From the human T2T-CHM13v2.0 reference genome, Homo sapiens: a DNA stretch of 64,000 nt. Positions 26,950 through 41,700 of this stretch are shown piece by piece (position 1 is the first letter of the stretch; every line of letters begins with the position of its first letter). The stretch lies in NCBI RefSeq assembly GCF_009914755.1, contig NC_060933.1, one strand, 5' to 3'. The position numbers were made by a program, and so were the translations under genes. The notes under the pieces are model-generated. The model made no database searches. It saw nothing but the letters and a program-made list of their open reading frames with translations, and was not told the origin of the DNA.

Positions 26950-29900
26950 CTATCAGTACATACACACATCCTTCTCCCGCTAAAAGTAACACGTCTTGTC
27001 CATTCTCCTCCAACCCCCAACCTCTCACTGCCATCCCAGAACCTGGGACACACTAGGCAGGCACTGCATGCTCTCCGAGGGGTAGATGGCAGCAGATTGA
27101 GTGGACCCTGTGCAGCCAGAGACAGAAACTGTGAAGCTGAAAAACACCATGTTAGGAATGACAGGGACGTGCCCACCTGGCCTTGGTGAGCAGGTGGCGG
27201 TGGGGTGGGATGCACAGAGGGGACAGCTGGAGAGACCCCCGAGGGTCCAGCGAGGGAGGCGGGGCCCATCAGCAAGCAACAGGAGCTGGTTCAGGGGCCC
27301 CTTCTCAGAGGAGAGGGTTCACAGCAGGACTGGAAACAGGGTGCCACGTGGGAGGTCTGAGACAAAATTAAACCACAGGTGCCACCACGGAGACAAGACC
27401 TGCCCCAGGAAGTGGAGCCATAAGAACTGGAGGGCCCTTGGTGTCCTGAAAGGACAATAAAAGGCTAAAACACAGCCTGTGTGCAAGGATGTTCAAAATA
27501 TCATTCCTAACAGCCTCAAACTGGAAGCCGAGAGGGCAGCAGACACCCGTGGCGGATATAAATGTGCCTAAATTGTGGCAGACACACACACCGGAATACG
27601 TGGTGGCAAGGCAAGAGAAGAAGACCCTGGGTGAGCTCAAGCCAAATGTCACAGACGGATGCTGAGTGACACGCACGAGGATGTGCTGCAGAACCCAAGG
27701 CACACAGACTCAAGCCAGCCAAGATTAACCTGCGCTGTGATCAGCTGGGGAGTGGTGAGCAGGGGGCCCCAGGGCCCTGTGCTCTGCTCCTCTTCCCAGG
27801 CATCGCAGGGCTGGCTCCATTTGTGAAGATTCAAGGGCCGCACACTGAGGCTAGGTGTGCTTCACAGTAAATTCTGCAAATATCTCACTGCAGAAGGAAG
27901 GAGGAGATGGAAAGATGAAAACAGCAAACCTGGTGAGAGGGTTTCGCTGCTGCTGCTTCCTGTCGATGACCTTCCCTTGACTCCAAGAGGGGAAAGGAGG
28001 CAGGGAGAGGGGTCACCGCCCAGACGGGTGAGGGGATCCACTGCAAAGTAGTGGGCCATGGAGCCGACCCAGCTGCTCTAAGAAGAAGGCAGCAAAGCCA
28101 GTTGAGGACCAACCAGCTCACAGCGGTCAGAGCACTTGCAATGTCCACCATCCACTGGCTGGCTGTATCCTACTGCCCTCCTGGGACACGTCCACAGAGA
28201 ATGTGCACCAGCAAGGCCACCAAGCAGGCCACACCTGGATCACTCTGACGACCACGAGGCCAGAGTCTCAGACCATGGAATCTGCTCTTCATGTCAGCTC
28301 TGATCAGACAGGCACTTGGAAGAGTCACAACGCAAAGAACAGCACGGGCCACACTCGTTAGGGTTTACACAGGCATCAGCAACAGCTCTGATCCTCAGGG
28401 AAGCCTCCCAGCCATTCTCAGCCCCAGCAGCAGAAGGCCCCGGAAAGCTCAGGATAACTGCACTGTAGCAAATGTCTCCTGTGCAGCAGGAGGCACACTC
28501 TGCCTCCTCCAGCAGCAAGGAGAGGGCCCCCAGCCCAGCAGTTTGGGGAGGGTGACACCAGCAGGAACGGACTCCCGGCCTGACACAATTCATGAATAAG
28601 GCTGTGCTTGGCAAAGTGTTTTTCCGTCTGTAGCAACTACAATGTAAGTGCTTGAAAAGGCTTCAGAGTAGTCCTGACACAAAATGTCTCAGTGGAAGTC
28701 TCCAGATGACACCATCACTTATTTAGAGAATGCCACTGTGGCCTGAGCATGGTCTCCTCGCTGAGAAAAGAGAAAGGGGAGAGAGCATGTCTGCATTCTC
28801 AGGGCTCCTTCATTTCCACCGCGAGACATCTGTGCTAAGCCATCTATCCCTTCTGCAGCCCTAAATGTGCTAATTATTAAATGACACTCTCTTCCAGTTG
28901 AAATAAAACCTGTGCCCACTGGCTGGAGTCACAGAGCGGTTACTTGTAAATAAATGGAGTCTGTATCTCCCCGAAGGCTTGATTCCAGGTCCTGCAGCGA
29001 CTGGTGTCTATTTTAAAAATCGCCTTCTCACCACCTCTCTGGTTTCGCCAAGCTGGCAAAAACCAAGCCCTGCTCCAACCATGCTCTTGTGGAAGGAACT
29101 GGAACATGAGGATGGCAGATCCCTGCACAGAGAGACCTCAGCCCCACAGAACATCCAGGACGCAGCCGCTGCTTACAGGCAAGACCAAGGGAGCCAGGCG
29201 GCTTCCCAGGATTCCACATTTGAAACCCAAGCCACTGCCCTCAGCATTCAAAGACAAGCTAGATATCCAATTCCACCTGCTCAAGAGCTCTGCTTTGACC
29301 CAGTTTTCCTGCCCTGTTGTTCTCAGGCTTGCGGTCCAACACCAGCCCCTGGGGTAGGCACTGTGCTGAAGGCTCTAAGGCATGTCCAGCCCCAGAAATG
29401 TGGGGATTAGCCTCACTGAGAGGAAAATCAAGCGGTAGAGGAGTACATGGTCAAAGTCAGCCAACGTGAGAAATAAGATAATAATACATAGTGTACACAC
29501 ATTGACGTCACGCTAAAATTTTTACATTTCCATGCAGTTACACATAGGGCCAGATGTCACATGGGGGTCAGTAGTTCTCAATCTGGGGGTTGCAAACACA
29601 GTTTTTCAACAAATATAATCAAATAAAAATATCAGGGGGTGTCACAGATAGTTAAGGGCGGCTGTTATGAGCAAAACTTACTGGCATGTGTGCATCTGTG
29701 TGCTGTGTGTGTGTGCGTGTGCTGCCTCACAATATAAAATGCATGTGGGTCACTGTCAGCGTCTGAAGCCAGCCAGGCATGAGACACCCACACAGCCAGG
29801 CTGCCTGATGGTCAAGAAGCTTTTGTATTGTAATAAAAAATGTTTTAGCAATATGGTCCATGCACTGAAACCTTCCTGAGGCTTGGTTTCAAACATAACA

Positions 29901-30304
29901 CTGAATTCCACATGCATCTCAGTTCAAACGTGGGCAAGAAGGGATATTACAGGAGTCATCTCATTTAATAATCCTACAGTCCCCCAACAACCACTGAGGG
30001 ACAACCCCACTAAGGAAGAGGGCGGGCCCCACTGAGGCTGCGCACAAGCTGGCAGGCACAGAAGGGCTTCCGGGCTCCCCCAGGAACTGGAGCCTTAAAG
30101 AGGACGCCGCGGCCACCCCGCCCTGCAGGCCCACCTGCAGCTGGGCTGCATCTGGGAGAGGCAAGCGAGGGGCCGGCCAGCTTCACTGCCTGCATGCCCT
30201 TTAGGAGCAGAACAAGCTGCAAAACACCCACCTGCTCTGGGAACAAGGCACGCATGACCAGTCTAGGAAAAGTGTGCAAAGCTCTCAAGACTCCGATGCA
30301 TACG

Positions 30305-30975
30305 GGGTATGTGTGTGCTGTGTGTGCTGCGGCACGTGCAGCATATGACTGTGTGGTGTTATGTGTGGGGTTTGATGTGTGGTGTGTGTGGTGTGTATGT
30401 GTACAGTGTGTGTTGTGTGTGTTTTGTGTGTGTGTGTGGCATGGTATGTGTATGTACCACGTGGTGGGTTTGTGTAGTGTGTGTGGTGTGTATGGACTGG
30501 GTGTGTGGGGTGGGGAGGTACGTGTATGGTGTGTGTATACATGGTGGGGTATGTGTGTAGTATGGGGTGTTCCGTGGTGTGATGTGCGGTGTATGTATGC
30601 AGTATATATGTAGTGTGTGTGTGGTGTGGTGTGTGTATGTAGTGTGGTGGCTGTGTGTGTGGTATGTGATGTGGTGTATGGATGTGTTGTGTGTTATGTG
30701 TGTGTGGTGTGGCAGGTATGTGTGAAGTGTGTGGTATGGGGAATGTGTGGTGTGGTGTGTGGATGTATTGTGTGGTGGGTGTGTGGTGTGTGGATGTATT
30801 GTGTGGTGTGTGTGTAATGTGTGTATACTGGGTGTTTGTGGTGTGGGGGGTATGTGTGTAGTGTGTGGTATGGGGTGTGTGGTGTGATGTGTATGTGTGT
30901 GTTGTTTGGTGTGTGTGTACTGGGTGGGTGGTGGAGGCATATGTGTGTAGTATGTTGTGTGTGTGTGTGTGTGTT
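30305..30975. repeat. Degenerate (TG)n/(GTGTG)n low-complexity tract
   Basis: Directly visible. Confidence 0.92.
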
Positions 30976-31468
30976 CCAGAGCTACATTTTTCAACCTTTT
31001 CCTTTGTATTTCTCCTTTGTGATTTCCATAACAAGTATTGTTGCAGAAAATCAGAGAAATGTAGACAAGCACCAAGGAGAAAACAGAAGGCACGTCATCA
31101 ACTAAACATCTGACTCGCATTTTGGACATGGTCTAGTGCTTTCTAGGCAATTGTAAGTCCTTGCCATGCATGTTGGTTCACAAACTGTTCTTAACACATG
31201 ATGTATTATGCTGACTTCTCATCTCATTAGGCATATTTTACACTAGATTTTCAAAGAGTGACCAATGTTACTATGGCACATCCTGCCTAACTATTTCACT
31301 GTCAGTAGCTGCCCAGGTTATATCTGGATTTTCTATTTATAAACACTGAGAAACACCCTTTTCAATAAATGCTTCTTAACATTCATGATTCTTTAAATAA
31401 ATGTCTAGCTCATTCAGACTCCAATGGCCAAAGGGTACATGTGCCTTAAAATCTTTAAAACATTAACC

Positions 31469-31782
<314 letters not shown>

Positions 31783-32578
31783 CCACTAACCAACTGCCAC
31801 CTCCTAGTGCATGCATTAGATGCTGGACCTCAGTATAGAGCATTGAATCACAACTCCTGGCTTCACCACTTCTTGGCTGAGCGGCTTCAAGAATAACATT
31901 CTTATTCTCTCTGTTCTCACCTGTAAACAAGAGGGGAGAACTGACCCAGTCTTACAGGACTGTGGTCAGAACTCCATGAGACGGATAGAGTTTGGCATAT
32001 CATTTATAACAAGGTCACCATGAACGTCATCTAGCATTCTTGTCCCATAACTTCTTTCCCTTGTTTCCAATCTGTCTTTCCAATTCATCACTCTGAAATG
32101 CCAGAGTTACTCCTGAGACATCGATCTGATTGCTTTATTTACTGCTCAAATACCTGCATAATTATGCTGAGTGAAAGAAGCCAGACTCAAAGGCTACAAT
32201 CTGTATAATTCCTTCTATATGAAATTCTGGAAAAGCCTAGAGGGATGGAAAACAGGTCAGTGGTTGCTAGGTCTGGGGAAAGGAAACTGACTACAAAGGG
32301 GCACAAGACGGAATTTTTGGAGTTATGAAAATTTTCCATACCTTGATTTGGTGTGGAAATGATTTGGTATGGTTATATTTACCAAAACCACATGCATTAA
32401 CCAAAACTCACAGAATGGTACATTTAACAGGAAAGATTTCACTGTATATAAAATTATAGCTCAATAAATCACACAAATAACCAGAACTGACTCAAACAGA
32501 AACAGAAAATCTTCATAGTCCTATGTTAAGGAATTGAATTCATAATTAAAAGCCTCTCCATAAAGAAAACCCCAGACA

Positions 32579-32878
32579 GGCTGGGCACAGTGGCTCACAC
32601 CTGTAAGCTCAGCACTTCAGAAGGCCAAAGCGGGAAGATGGCTTGAGGTTAGGAATTCAAGGCCAGCCTGGGAATCATAGTGAAACTCTGTCTCTGCTAA
32701 AATTCAAAAAAATTAGCCAGGCATAGTGGTGTATGCTTGTAGTCCCAGCTACTCTGGAGGCTGAGGCAGGAAGATCACTTGAGCCCAGGAAGTCAAGGCT
32801 GCAGTGAGCTATGATTGAGCTATGATTGTACCACTGCACTCCAGCCTGGACAACACAGTGAGACCTTGTCTCCAAAAA
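32579..32878 (+). mobile_element. Alu (AluJ-like)
   Basis: Diverged Alu. Confidence 0.88.
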
Positions 32879-34307
32879 GGGAAAGGAAGGGAAGGGGAGG
32901 GGAGGGCAAGAGAAGCCCAATCCTACAAAGACTATTCAAAAATAGTAAGAGGAACCACTTCTCAAATCATTGTGTGGGGCAAACTTTACTTTGATACCAA
33001 TATAAAATACAGTACCAGAAAAGAAAACAATATCCCTCATGACATAGCCACAAATATCCTTAATAAAATTGCAGCAAATCAAATCCAGCAATATATAAAT
33101 ATATATATATAATATATAAAACAAATATATAAAAAAGATACATAATTACCAAGTGGGATTTGTGCCAGAAATGCAAGAATGATTTAACATTCAAAAGTTA
33201 ACCAGTGTAATTCACCATATTTACAAACAAAAAATGAAAAACCCTATGATCATCTCAACAGATACAGAAAAAGTATATGAGGAAATTCAACACCTACTCA
33301 TGATAAAAGCTCTCAACAAATTAAAAAACTTCCACCGCCTTGTAAAAGGCACTTCATATCTTTACCTAACATCATACTTAACAACAACAACAACAAAACT
33401 TGAAATTCTTCCTTCCTGATATTGGGAACAGGCAAGAATGTCCACTTTTATCACTTCTATTAATCATTGTACTGAAAGTCCTAGAAGTGAAAGAAAAGAA
33501 GAAAAAGGAGTAAAAGGCATTCTAACTGGAAAGAAACTGGTCTTTATTCATAATCATCAGAATTATCTATATGAAAGATCTTGAGGGACTACAAAAAAAG
33601 CTACTTAAATAGCGACTTAGCAAAGTTCACAGGATAAACAAAAAATAGAAAAAATCAATTGTATTTCTATATATCGCAATTAACAACTGGAAAATAAAAT
33701 TTTTAAAATCCATGTATAATAATATGAAATACTTATGAGTAAATCTGATAAAACATGTGCAAGACCTGTACACTCAAAACTACAAAACACTGCTGAAAGA
33801 AATAAAGGAAGATGAAAATAGAGGGAGATTCCATGCTCATTGGTCAAGAGACCAAATATTGTTACAATGTTTTTTCCCAAATTGATCTAAGGAGTTAATA
33901 CAATTCTGGCCAAAATCCAAGCAGGCTTGCTGTAGAAACTGACAAACTGATCTTAAGTATATAAGAAAATGCAAAGGATCTAGAACCGACACTACAATTT
34001 TGAAAATGAAGCAAAATTGTCATGCTACCTGACTTCAGGAGTTACTACAGAGACAGTGTGATACTGGGACCTATGAGGAATAAGCCATAATGGAACAGAA
34101 CAGAATCCAGAAACAAAGGCACACAGATATGGTCAATTACTTTACAAACATGGTACCAACATAATTCACTGGAGAAAGAAGAGGCTTGTTGTTGTTGTTT
34201 ACTTTAAAACAAATGGTGTGAGAACAATCGGAAGTCTACATGTAAAACAATGAACCTCAATCCTTAGCTCTTTCCATTAAAAATTAACTCGAAATGGATC
34301 ACAGATC

Positions 34308-34763
<456 letters not shown>

Positions 34764-35299
34764 TAAAACCAAAAAGTCTGCCCATTGAAAGATATAACGG
34801 ATAAAAAGGCAAGCCATAGACTGAGAGAAAATATTTGCAATACAAGTATCTGACAAAAGGTTTGAGTCAAGAATATGTAAAGAACACCTACAACTCACAT
34901 ATAAGAAGACAACCCAATTAAAAAGTGATCAAAAGATCTGAACAGACACTTCACAAAAGAATATACACAAATAGCTAATAAGCACATGAAAAGACGCTCA
35001 ACTAAAACTGCACAGATACAGCACTACCACATTTCCACTAGAATAGCTAAAATTAATAAGACTGACAACAGCAAGTGTTGGCACAGACGTAAACCAACTG
35101 CAACTCTCATGCGTTAGCAGTGGGAACGTAAAATGATACAACTGCTTTGCAAAGCAGTTTGCCAGATTTTTAATCAAGTTAAACATCTACTTACCATGAA
35201 ACCCTGTAATTCCACTTGTAGGTAGTTACGCAGGAGAAATAAAAACATATGTCCACGCTAAGATTTGCCCACGAATGCTCACAGCATGTCTTATATCAT

Positions 35300-36170
35300 C
35301 TTTTATTGTGGTAAAATACTCGTAAGATAAAATTTACCATTTTAAAGCGTATAATCCAGTGGCATTTAGTACATTCGCAATGTTATGTAACCATCACCCC
35401 TATCTAGTTCCAGGACCTCAAAAGGAACCCCAATGCATATTAAGTGTTCACTTCCCATTCCCCCACCTCCCCAGCTCCTGGCAACCACTAACGTGTTTTC
35501 TGTCTGGAAAGATCTGCCCATTCTGAACATTTCATATCAATGAAATAATACAATATGCAGCTATTAATCTGTGCCTGGCTACCTTCACTTAGAATAATGT
35601 TTTTGAGGTGAATTCACATTGTAGCATGTATCAGCGCTTCACTCCTTTTTATGGCTGAATCATAGGCCATGTATGAATATACCACATTTAGCTTACCCAT
35701 TCATCCACTGCTGGACATCTGGGTTTCCGTCCTTTGGCTACTGGAATAGTGCCACTGTGAACAGCCGTGTATAAGTTTTTGTGTGAGTCCCTGCTTTCAA
35801 TTCTTTTAGGTATATACGTAGGAGTGGGAGTGCTAGGTCATATGGTAATTCTGTATTTAACTTTTTGAGGAATCTCCAAACTTTTTTCCAAAACAGCTAC
35901 ACCATTTTACATTTCTATCCGGAGTGTATGAGGGTTCTAATTTCTCCATAACCTCACCTACGCTTGTTATTTCCCTCCACCCTCCTTTTTTTTTTTTTAA
36001 TTAAAGCTAGTAGGGTGCGAGATGGTATCTCACTGTGGCTTTGATTCACATTTCCCTAACAACTAATGATGTTAAGCACCTTCTCGCATGTTTATTGGCC
36101 GTTTGTAAATCACCTTTATTGACACATTTACCCATGTTTTAACTGGCAGTTTTTGTGGTTGAGTTGTAGC
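35300..36170 (-). mobile_element. Inverted L1MB-like 3' fragment nested in L1
   Basis: Reverse L1 3' motifs (gtggcatttagtacattc; ggtcatatggtaattct; gatggtatctcactgtgg). Confidence 0.75.
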
Positions 36171-36329
36171 TCCCAGCACTTTGATTCACAATAAACCCAG
36201 AAGAGGAAACAATTCAAACTTCCACCAACTATTCAGCAATAAAAAGACATCAAGTGCCGGTATGCACAGCAACATGTAAGAATCTAAAAAACATTATGCA
36301 GAGTGAAAGGAGCTAGACAAAAGAGTATG

Positions 36330-36692
36330 CAGATGGTCCCCCATTTACAATGGTTTCATTTATGATTTTTTGGCTTTACAATGGTGTGAAAGCCATTCGA
36401 ATCCAGTAGAAACGGTACTGCGAGTATCCACACAACCATTCTGCTTTTCACTGTCAGTGTGGCATTCAATAAATTATATTCAACACTTTATTATAAAAAA
36501 GGCTTTGTGTTAGATGACTCTGCCCAACGGTAGGCTAATATAAGTGTTCTGTGCACGCTGAAGGTGGGCTAGCCTAAGGTATGCTTTTGGGCGGGTCAGG
36601 TGTATCAAACACATTTTTGACTTAGGATATCTTCAACTTAATGATGGGTTTATGATTAGGATGTAATCCCATCACAGGTCTAGGAGCAACTG
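36330..36692 (-). mobile_element. MER47A-like TcMar-Tigger element
   Basis: TIR-like ends cagatggtcccc / ggagcaactg; internal match to the recalled MER47A consensus (caacactttattataaa...ggctttgtgttagatga). Confidence 0.75.
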
Positions 36693-36814
36693 TCAAATAT
36701 ATGCTCCCACTTTGAAAGTATTGAAGAAATAAATCCAATCTATAATAATCTAATCTATGCAGATCAGTAATTGCTGGGAAGAGGGGGTTGAGTGAAAAGG
36801 GGCAACAGGGAAAT

Positions 36815-36955
36815 TTAGGGGGATTCTCAGGGCCATATGGTCTCTGTGGCAACTGCTCACCTCTGCTGCAATAGCATAAAAGCAGCCACAGATGATTCGA
36901 AATAAATTGGCCCAGCACACTTGACCTGCAGGCCCAAGCTTACCAAATCCTGGTC
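36815..36955 (+). mobile_element. MER58A-like hAT fragment
   Basis: ggccatatggtctctgtggcaact...aaagcagccacaga motif. Confidence 0.6.
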
Positions 36956-37241
36956 TATATCCTGATTATGGTGTCAGTCACATGGCTATCTACATGTGTC
37001 AAAACTCAGTTAGCTGTGTTTGAAGTGAATACATTTTGTCATAATTCATGTCAATAAAACTGAGTAGGACAGCATTGCCTCTAGTGGGACTCCACGTGGA
37101 AAGCACCCCAAGTCTAAGGTGCATCCAACCTGGGGACCGCTACTTTCTCCCCATGGGCCTGTCCCACCCACTCCCAAGTGTGGGCCTGTCTTAGGGCAGC
37201 AGTTCAAAAGCCTCTGGGGAGCCTGTTAAAACAGATGGCTG

Positions 37242-37700
<459 letters not shown>

Positions 37701-38049
37701 TCAGTGTTGCAGGCAAAATGCAGGCCATCCCTGCCCGGCCTGGAGACAATGCCAGCACTCACTAAGGTGATGAGGAAAATGCTCACAGTCCACCAGCGAT
37801 GGGACAGCCCCATGCATCTGTGGGCCCCGGGGCCAAGAGGAGGCACAGCACACACCGAGAGTCAACAGCAGCTCATGGGGATCCTTCACCAAAGGGGCGG
37901 CCCCAGCCAGTCTCTGTCCCTCCCACCCACCTCACGGCTTCCTCCCACTCTGCTCCATCCTTCTCTTCAGGATGCAACCCTTCCAAGCGGGCCTCCCTCA
38001 GCCCTATCTGCCCATGACCCCCCTCCACTTCCCCACTGCCCTTCACGGC

Positions 38050-38750
38050 AGCAAAATTCTTGAAAAAGCAATAGGGTCCTGCTGTCCCAAATTCCCCTCC
38101 TTCCTTCTCTCAAGAAACTCACCCCATACTTCAGCCCACCATCCCAGACCACATGGATAAACCCCAGGTTGTCTTCGGTTCTCACCTTCGTGACCTCCGC
38201 TGTCACCCTCCCTCTCATGCAAGCTGCATGTGGCCTCCAGGATGCCCTCAGAACCCTCTGGTTATCCCCTACCTCGCTGGCCGCACCTTCTTGGTTTCTT
38301 GTTCCAGGCTCAGTCCTCGGACCTCTTCTCTTTTCCATCTACCTCAACTCCCTAGTGGTCTCATCCAAACTCCCTTTCAAAATGTCATCTCTATAGCTAC
38401 AATATATTGCCAAGATTAGGGTCCCAGCTCAGAGCACTCCCCCAAACTCCAGATCCCTTCCTCCAACTTCCTCCTCCCCACCTCCACTGGGACACTTCAG
38501 TAGGACTCTCACCTGTACTATCTTGAGAGCCACACCATCCCTCTGAATCCTCACAACTCCTCCCCTGAAGACCTCAGTCTCAGAGTGATGGCAACTCTAC
38601 CCTTCCAACACCCGATCCAAGACTCTTGGGTCATCCTGGACCCCTTGCTTGCTGCAACAGCCCTCATGGGATCCATCACAGTCCTGTTGGCTCCGTCTTC
38701 GCAGAACACCTGCAATCAGCCTGCCTCCCACCCGAGGAGACTGCCCGAGC
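38050..38750 (+). mobile_element. L2 (LINE-2) ORF2 remnant
   Basis: ORF 38169 contains the RT motif PGSVLGPLLFSIYLNSL (cf. PQGSVLGPLLF); C/T-rich. Confidence 0.75.
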
Positions 38751-41700
38751 TCCTGCAAGGCCCGCCCCGCACCGCCCTCCTACCATTGCTCATGTGTGCC
38801 TAAGTGTCCCCTCACCACTCCTCACCTCCCCTACATCTAGGGCTCAGCAAGGCACAGGGGCCACCTGATTTTAAATCACAACCACCCTCTCAACAAACCA
38901 CTGGCCCCTTAAGCGGCTGGACCTAGAACTATCTATCTCCCCTCTCATTAGCCTCCCATCTCCCTCCACTTGACCATATTCCCCGGCACCCCAGCCATGA
39001 CTGACATTCAATACGTGTTTTCTGGGGAAGCAGTGAAACTTCATCAAGTGGACAAGTGCAAGAGTTGGGAGGGCCCTGAAAGGTAAGCAGTTCCTTCAGG
39101 TCAGGAACCTAAGACAAAGGAGCATCACCCACCAGGGACCAAACGTGCCAGCACTGTGACCTGCCCAGATGGCTCAGCTCCTTGTGGGCCCTCAGAAGGA
39201 GGGGGCTATACAGGATAAGTGTGATCCAGATGGGGGAAAAGAATGTGCATCCACCCACTGGGTGGTTCTGTGCAGGCGCAAAGGCAGGCGGCTCCTGGCA
39301 GCACAACAATGAACATGTGCCAAGACCCTCAGCCCTCAAAGATGGCCCAGGGCTCAGAGCCCCGCCACAGCCCTGCTGCAGCACTGGGCTGTGCCCTCAC
39401 AGCACATGGGACACACCGGTCAGGAACAACAACAAACAAAAGCTCCTAAACTCACAGTGAGAACCAAGTGGGTCAATTGCAGGCCTAACGGGAAACTTTC
39501 TGTCCTTCCAAACAAAGTCAAAACACACACACAAATCAGAAGGCCTAACAAACACCCACATTCTACATCAAGGCAAATTACGTTCTGGCTGCTCAAGCAA
39601 CTCTAATTTCTTGCAACAGATCAGGAAAATACAAAAACTGTTACAATTCTAAGCAATTTCTACTTTTTACTTTGTAGACTTCTATGCAGCACGCATCACT
39701 TATGTTTTTGCTATAGCTTTAGGTTACTTAACATATCCTTTACTAAATGGAAGAAGAAAACAAAGACACCACAGGAAATGCTGGAACAAGCCCCAGGTCC
39801 AGGTCAGCCAACCAGCAATGGGGACCCCTCTGGCGCAGGCTCCAGACCAGACTTGGCCTTTGTTTCTGTACTGAGTGTAAGGATAACCCTTCTGTGGCTG
39901 GATTGTACTATTATTTAATTGTCAGGGTCTTTGTCTTGTCTCCCCTAATGCTGATAGTAGCATATTGATTTCTATCCTTCATAGCCCACAAAGCACATAT
40001 TCAGAGGATCAATAACTATTGATTCATTGATTGCCTCATGGAAGCCAATTCATCTGTTATTAAGACGTGTAGAAACATGAACTTCCACAAATCAAATTCT
40101 ATTTAAAACGCCAGAGGAAAGTATATGACCTAATGAAGACCACTTTTTGAAAATTCATTTTGATATTCCAAAAATAATTCCTTGTAACAGAAACAAACCA
40201 TACATAAGTACAAAAAGAAGACAAAGTATAGGTTCCCTCTTCCTCTTCCCTCTCCTCCCCCAACACACACTCACTCACATTCACACACGCCCCACCCTTT
40301 GCTAACTGTGGAGTGCTGCTTTCACTCAGGGCTGAGTCCCTAGAGCCTGGGGCAGCGCCTGGCACCAGGTCCACATAGGCGGCTCCATAATGATCTGCTG
40401 AATACCAGGTGTGTGTCCTTCCAGATGGGCTTCCGTGCTGAGCGCCTGCACTTGTGCATGGAGAGGGCACATTCTCTATAGTCTACACTAAGGAGTGACA
40501 TTTCTACTTAATAGATTGGCACATCTTTTAAAGTAAACCTTTGAATGATGCCATCATGAAGTAAAGAATCCAATGGCATGTTTTACAGGGAGGAATTGGA
40601 GATCTCCGATTATTATTAACTTTTCATGATGGAGAATTTTCAAAGTGCATGCAAGTAGGCAGAACAGAACAAAGAACCCAGGTACTCTCATCCAGACCCC
40701 AAACTGTCCACTCAGACCATCTCGCCCCTTCTCATCCCCTCTGCTTCCCCACCCCACACTAATCTGAGGCAGATCCCAAACATCATTTCATCTACCAACA
40801 CTCAGTATCTATTGCTAAAGGGTGAAAGTTATTCTAACATAACCACGATGCTGTGATTAAGGAATTCCTTAAAATCATCATTCACTCCACAAATGTCCAT
40901 GAGACACATCAATAGCCTAGTTTTCAAAGGAGTGATGCTTGGATCAAATGCTGATCCAAGTGACAGCCTGGATCAGGCTTTGATCGAAGCCAGAAATCTT
41001 GGGGTGCCACTTAGATGTGATCCAGGGCAGGGATGCAGTCATTGCTTTCATGGGCAGCATCTGAAACTTCTGGACCAAATAACAGGACCCTGCCTGCCCC
41101 CCACTGAGGTTTGCACAGGTGCTGTGGGAAGGCGGCTGCTGATGCCCCAGGGGAAGCAGCAAGGCAGTAGAAAGCTGGGGCCCCTGCTGTGACACCCCCA
41201 GCTAAAGGCAAATTCGCTCAGGGAGGGTCACAGAAGCTGAAAAGTGACCCACAAGCAGCAAAGCAATTTGCTTATCCCAAGGATCGCCTTAACTAGTGCA
41301 CCTAAAACACCACCCAGCTTCCAGGGAAGGCCCTGGCACACCCTCTCCACCTGACTGAATCAGCAGCTATCTCCTCCAGCAGCCCTGGACCCTGGACGGC
41401 AATGGTGATGGGGATGGGGATGCAATGGGCAGGGCTGAGGAACTGCACCTGCCAAGCCCAGGGCGGACCCTGGCCCAGGGAAGAGAGGACCCACCCCAGC
41501 TGCCTCTGCCACCTCCCTTCTCACCTTCTAGTCTTCTTCCTGGAATTGTCCAAGTTCAAAGAAGAAATAACTGCCCTGGTTGGGAACAGCAGGCAGCAGC
41601 CTTTCTCTCAGCAACTAGGCTCGACAATCAGCCGACGGCACGTTTATTTCTATATTTTCACGTGGCAAGTTTCATCCCCATGGGTCCTAGCTCCAACCCT

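Noticed and set aside
29503-29510. Perfect CRE palindrome TGACGTCA
   Set aside because: A single 8-mer without supporting context can occur by chance in 64 kb.
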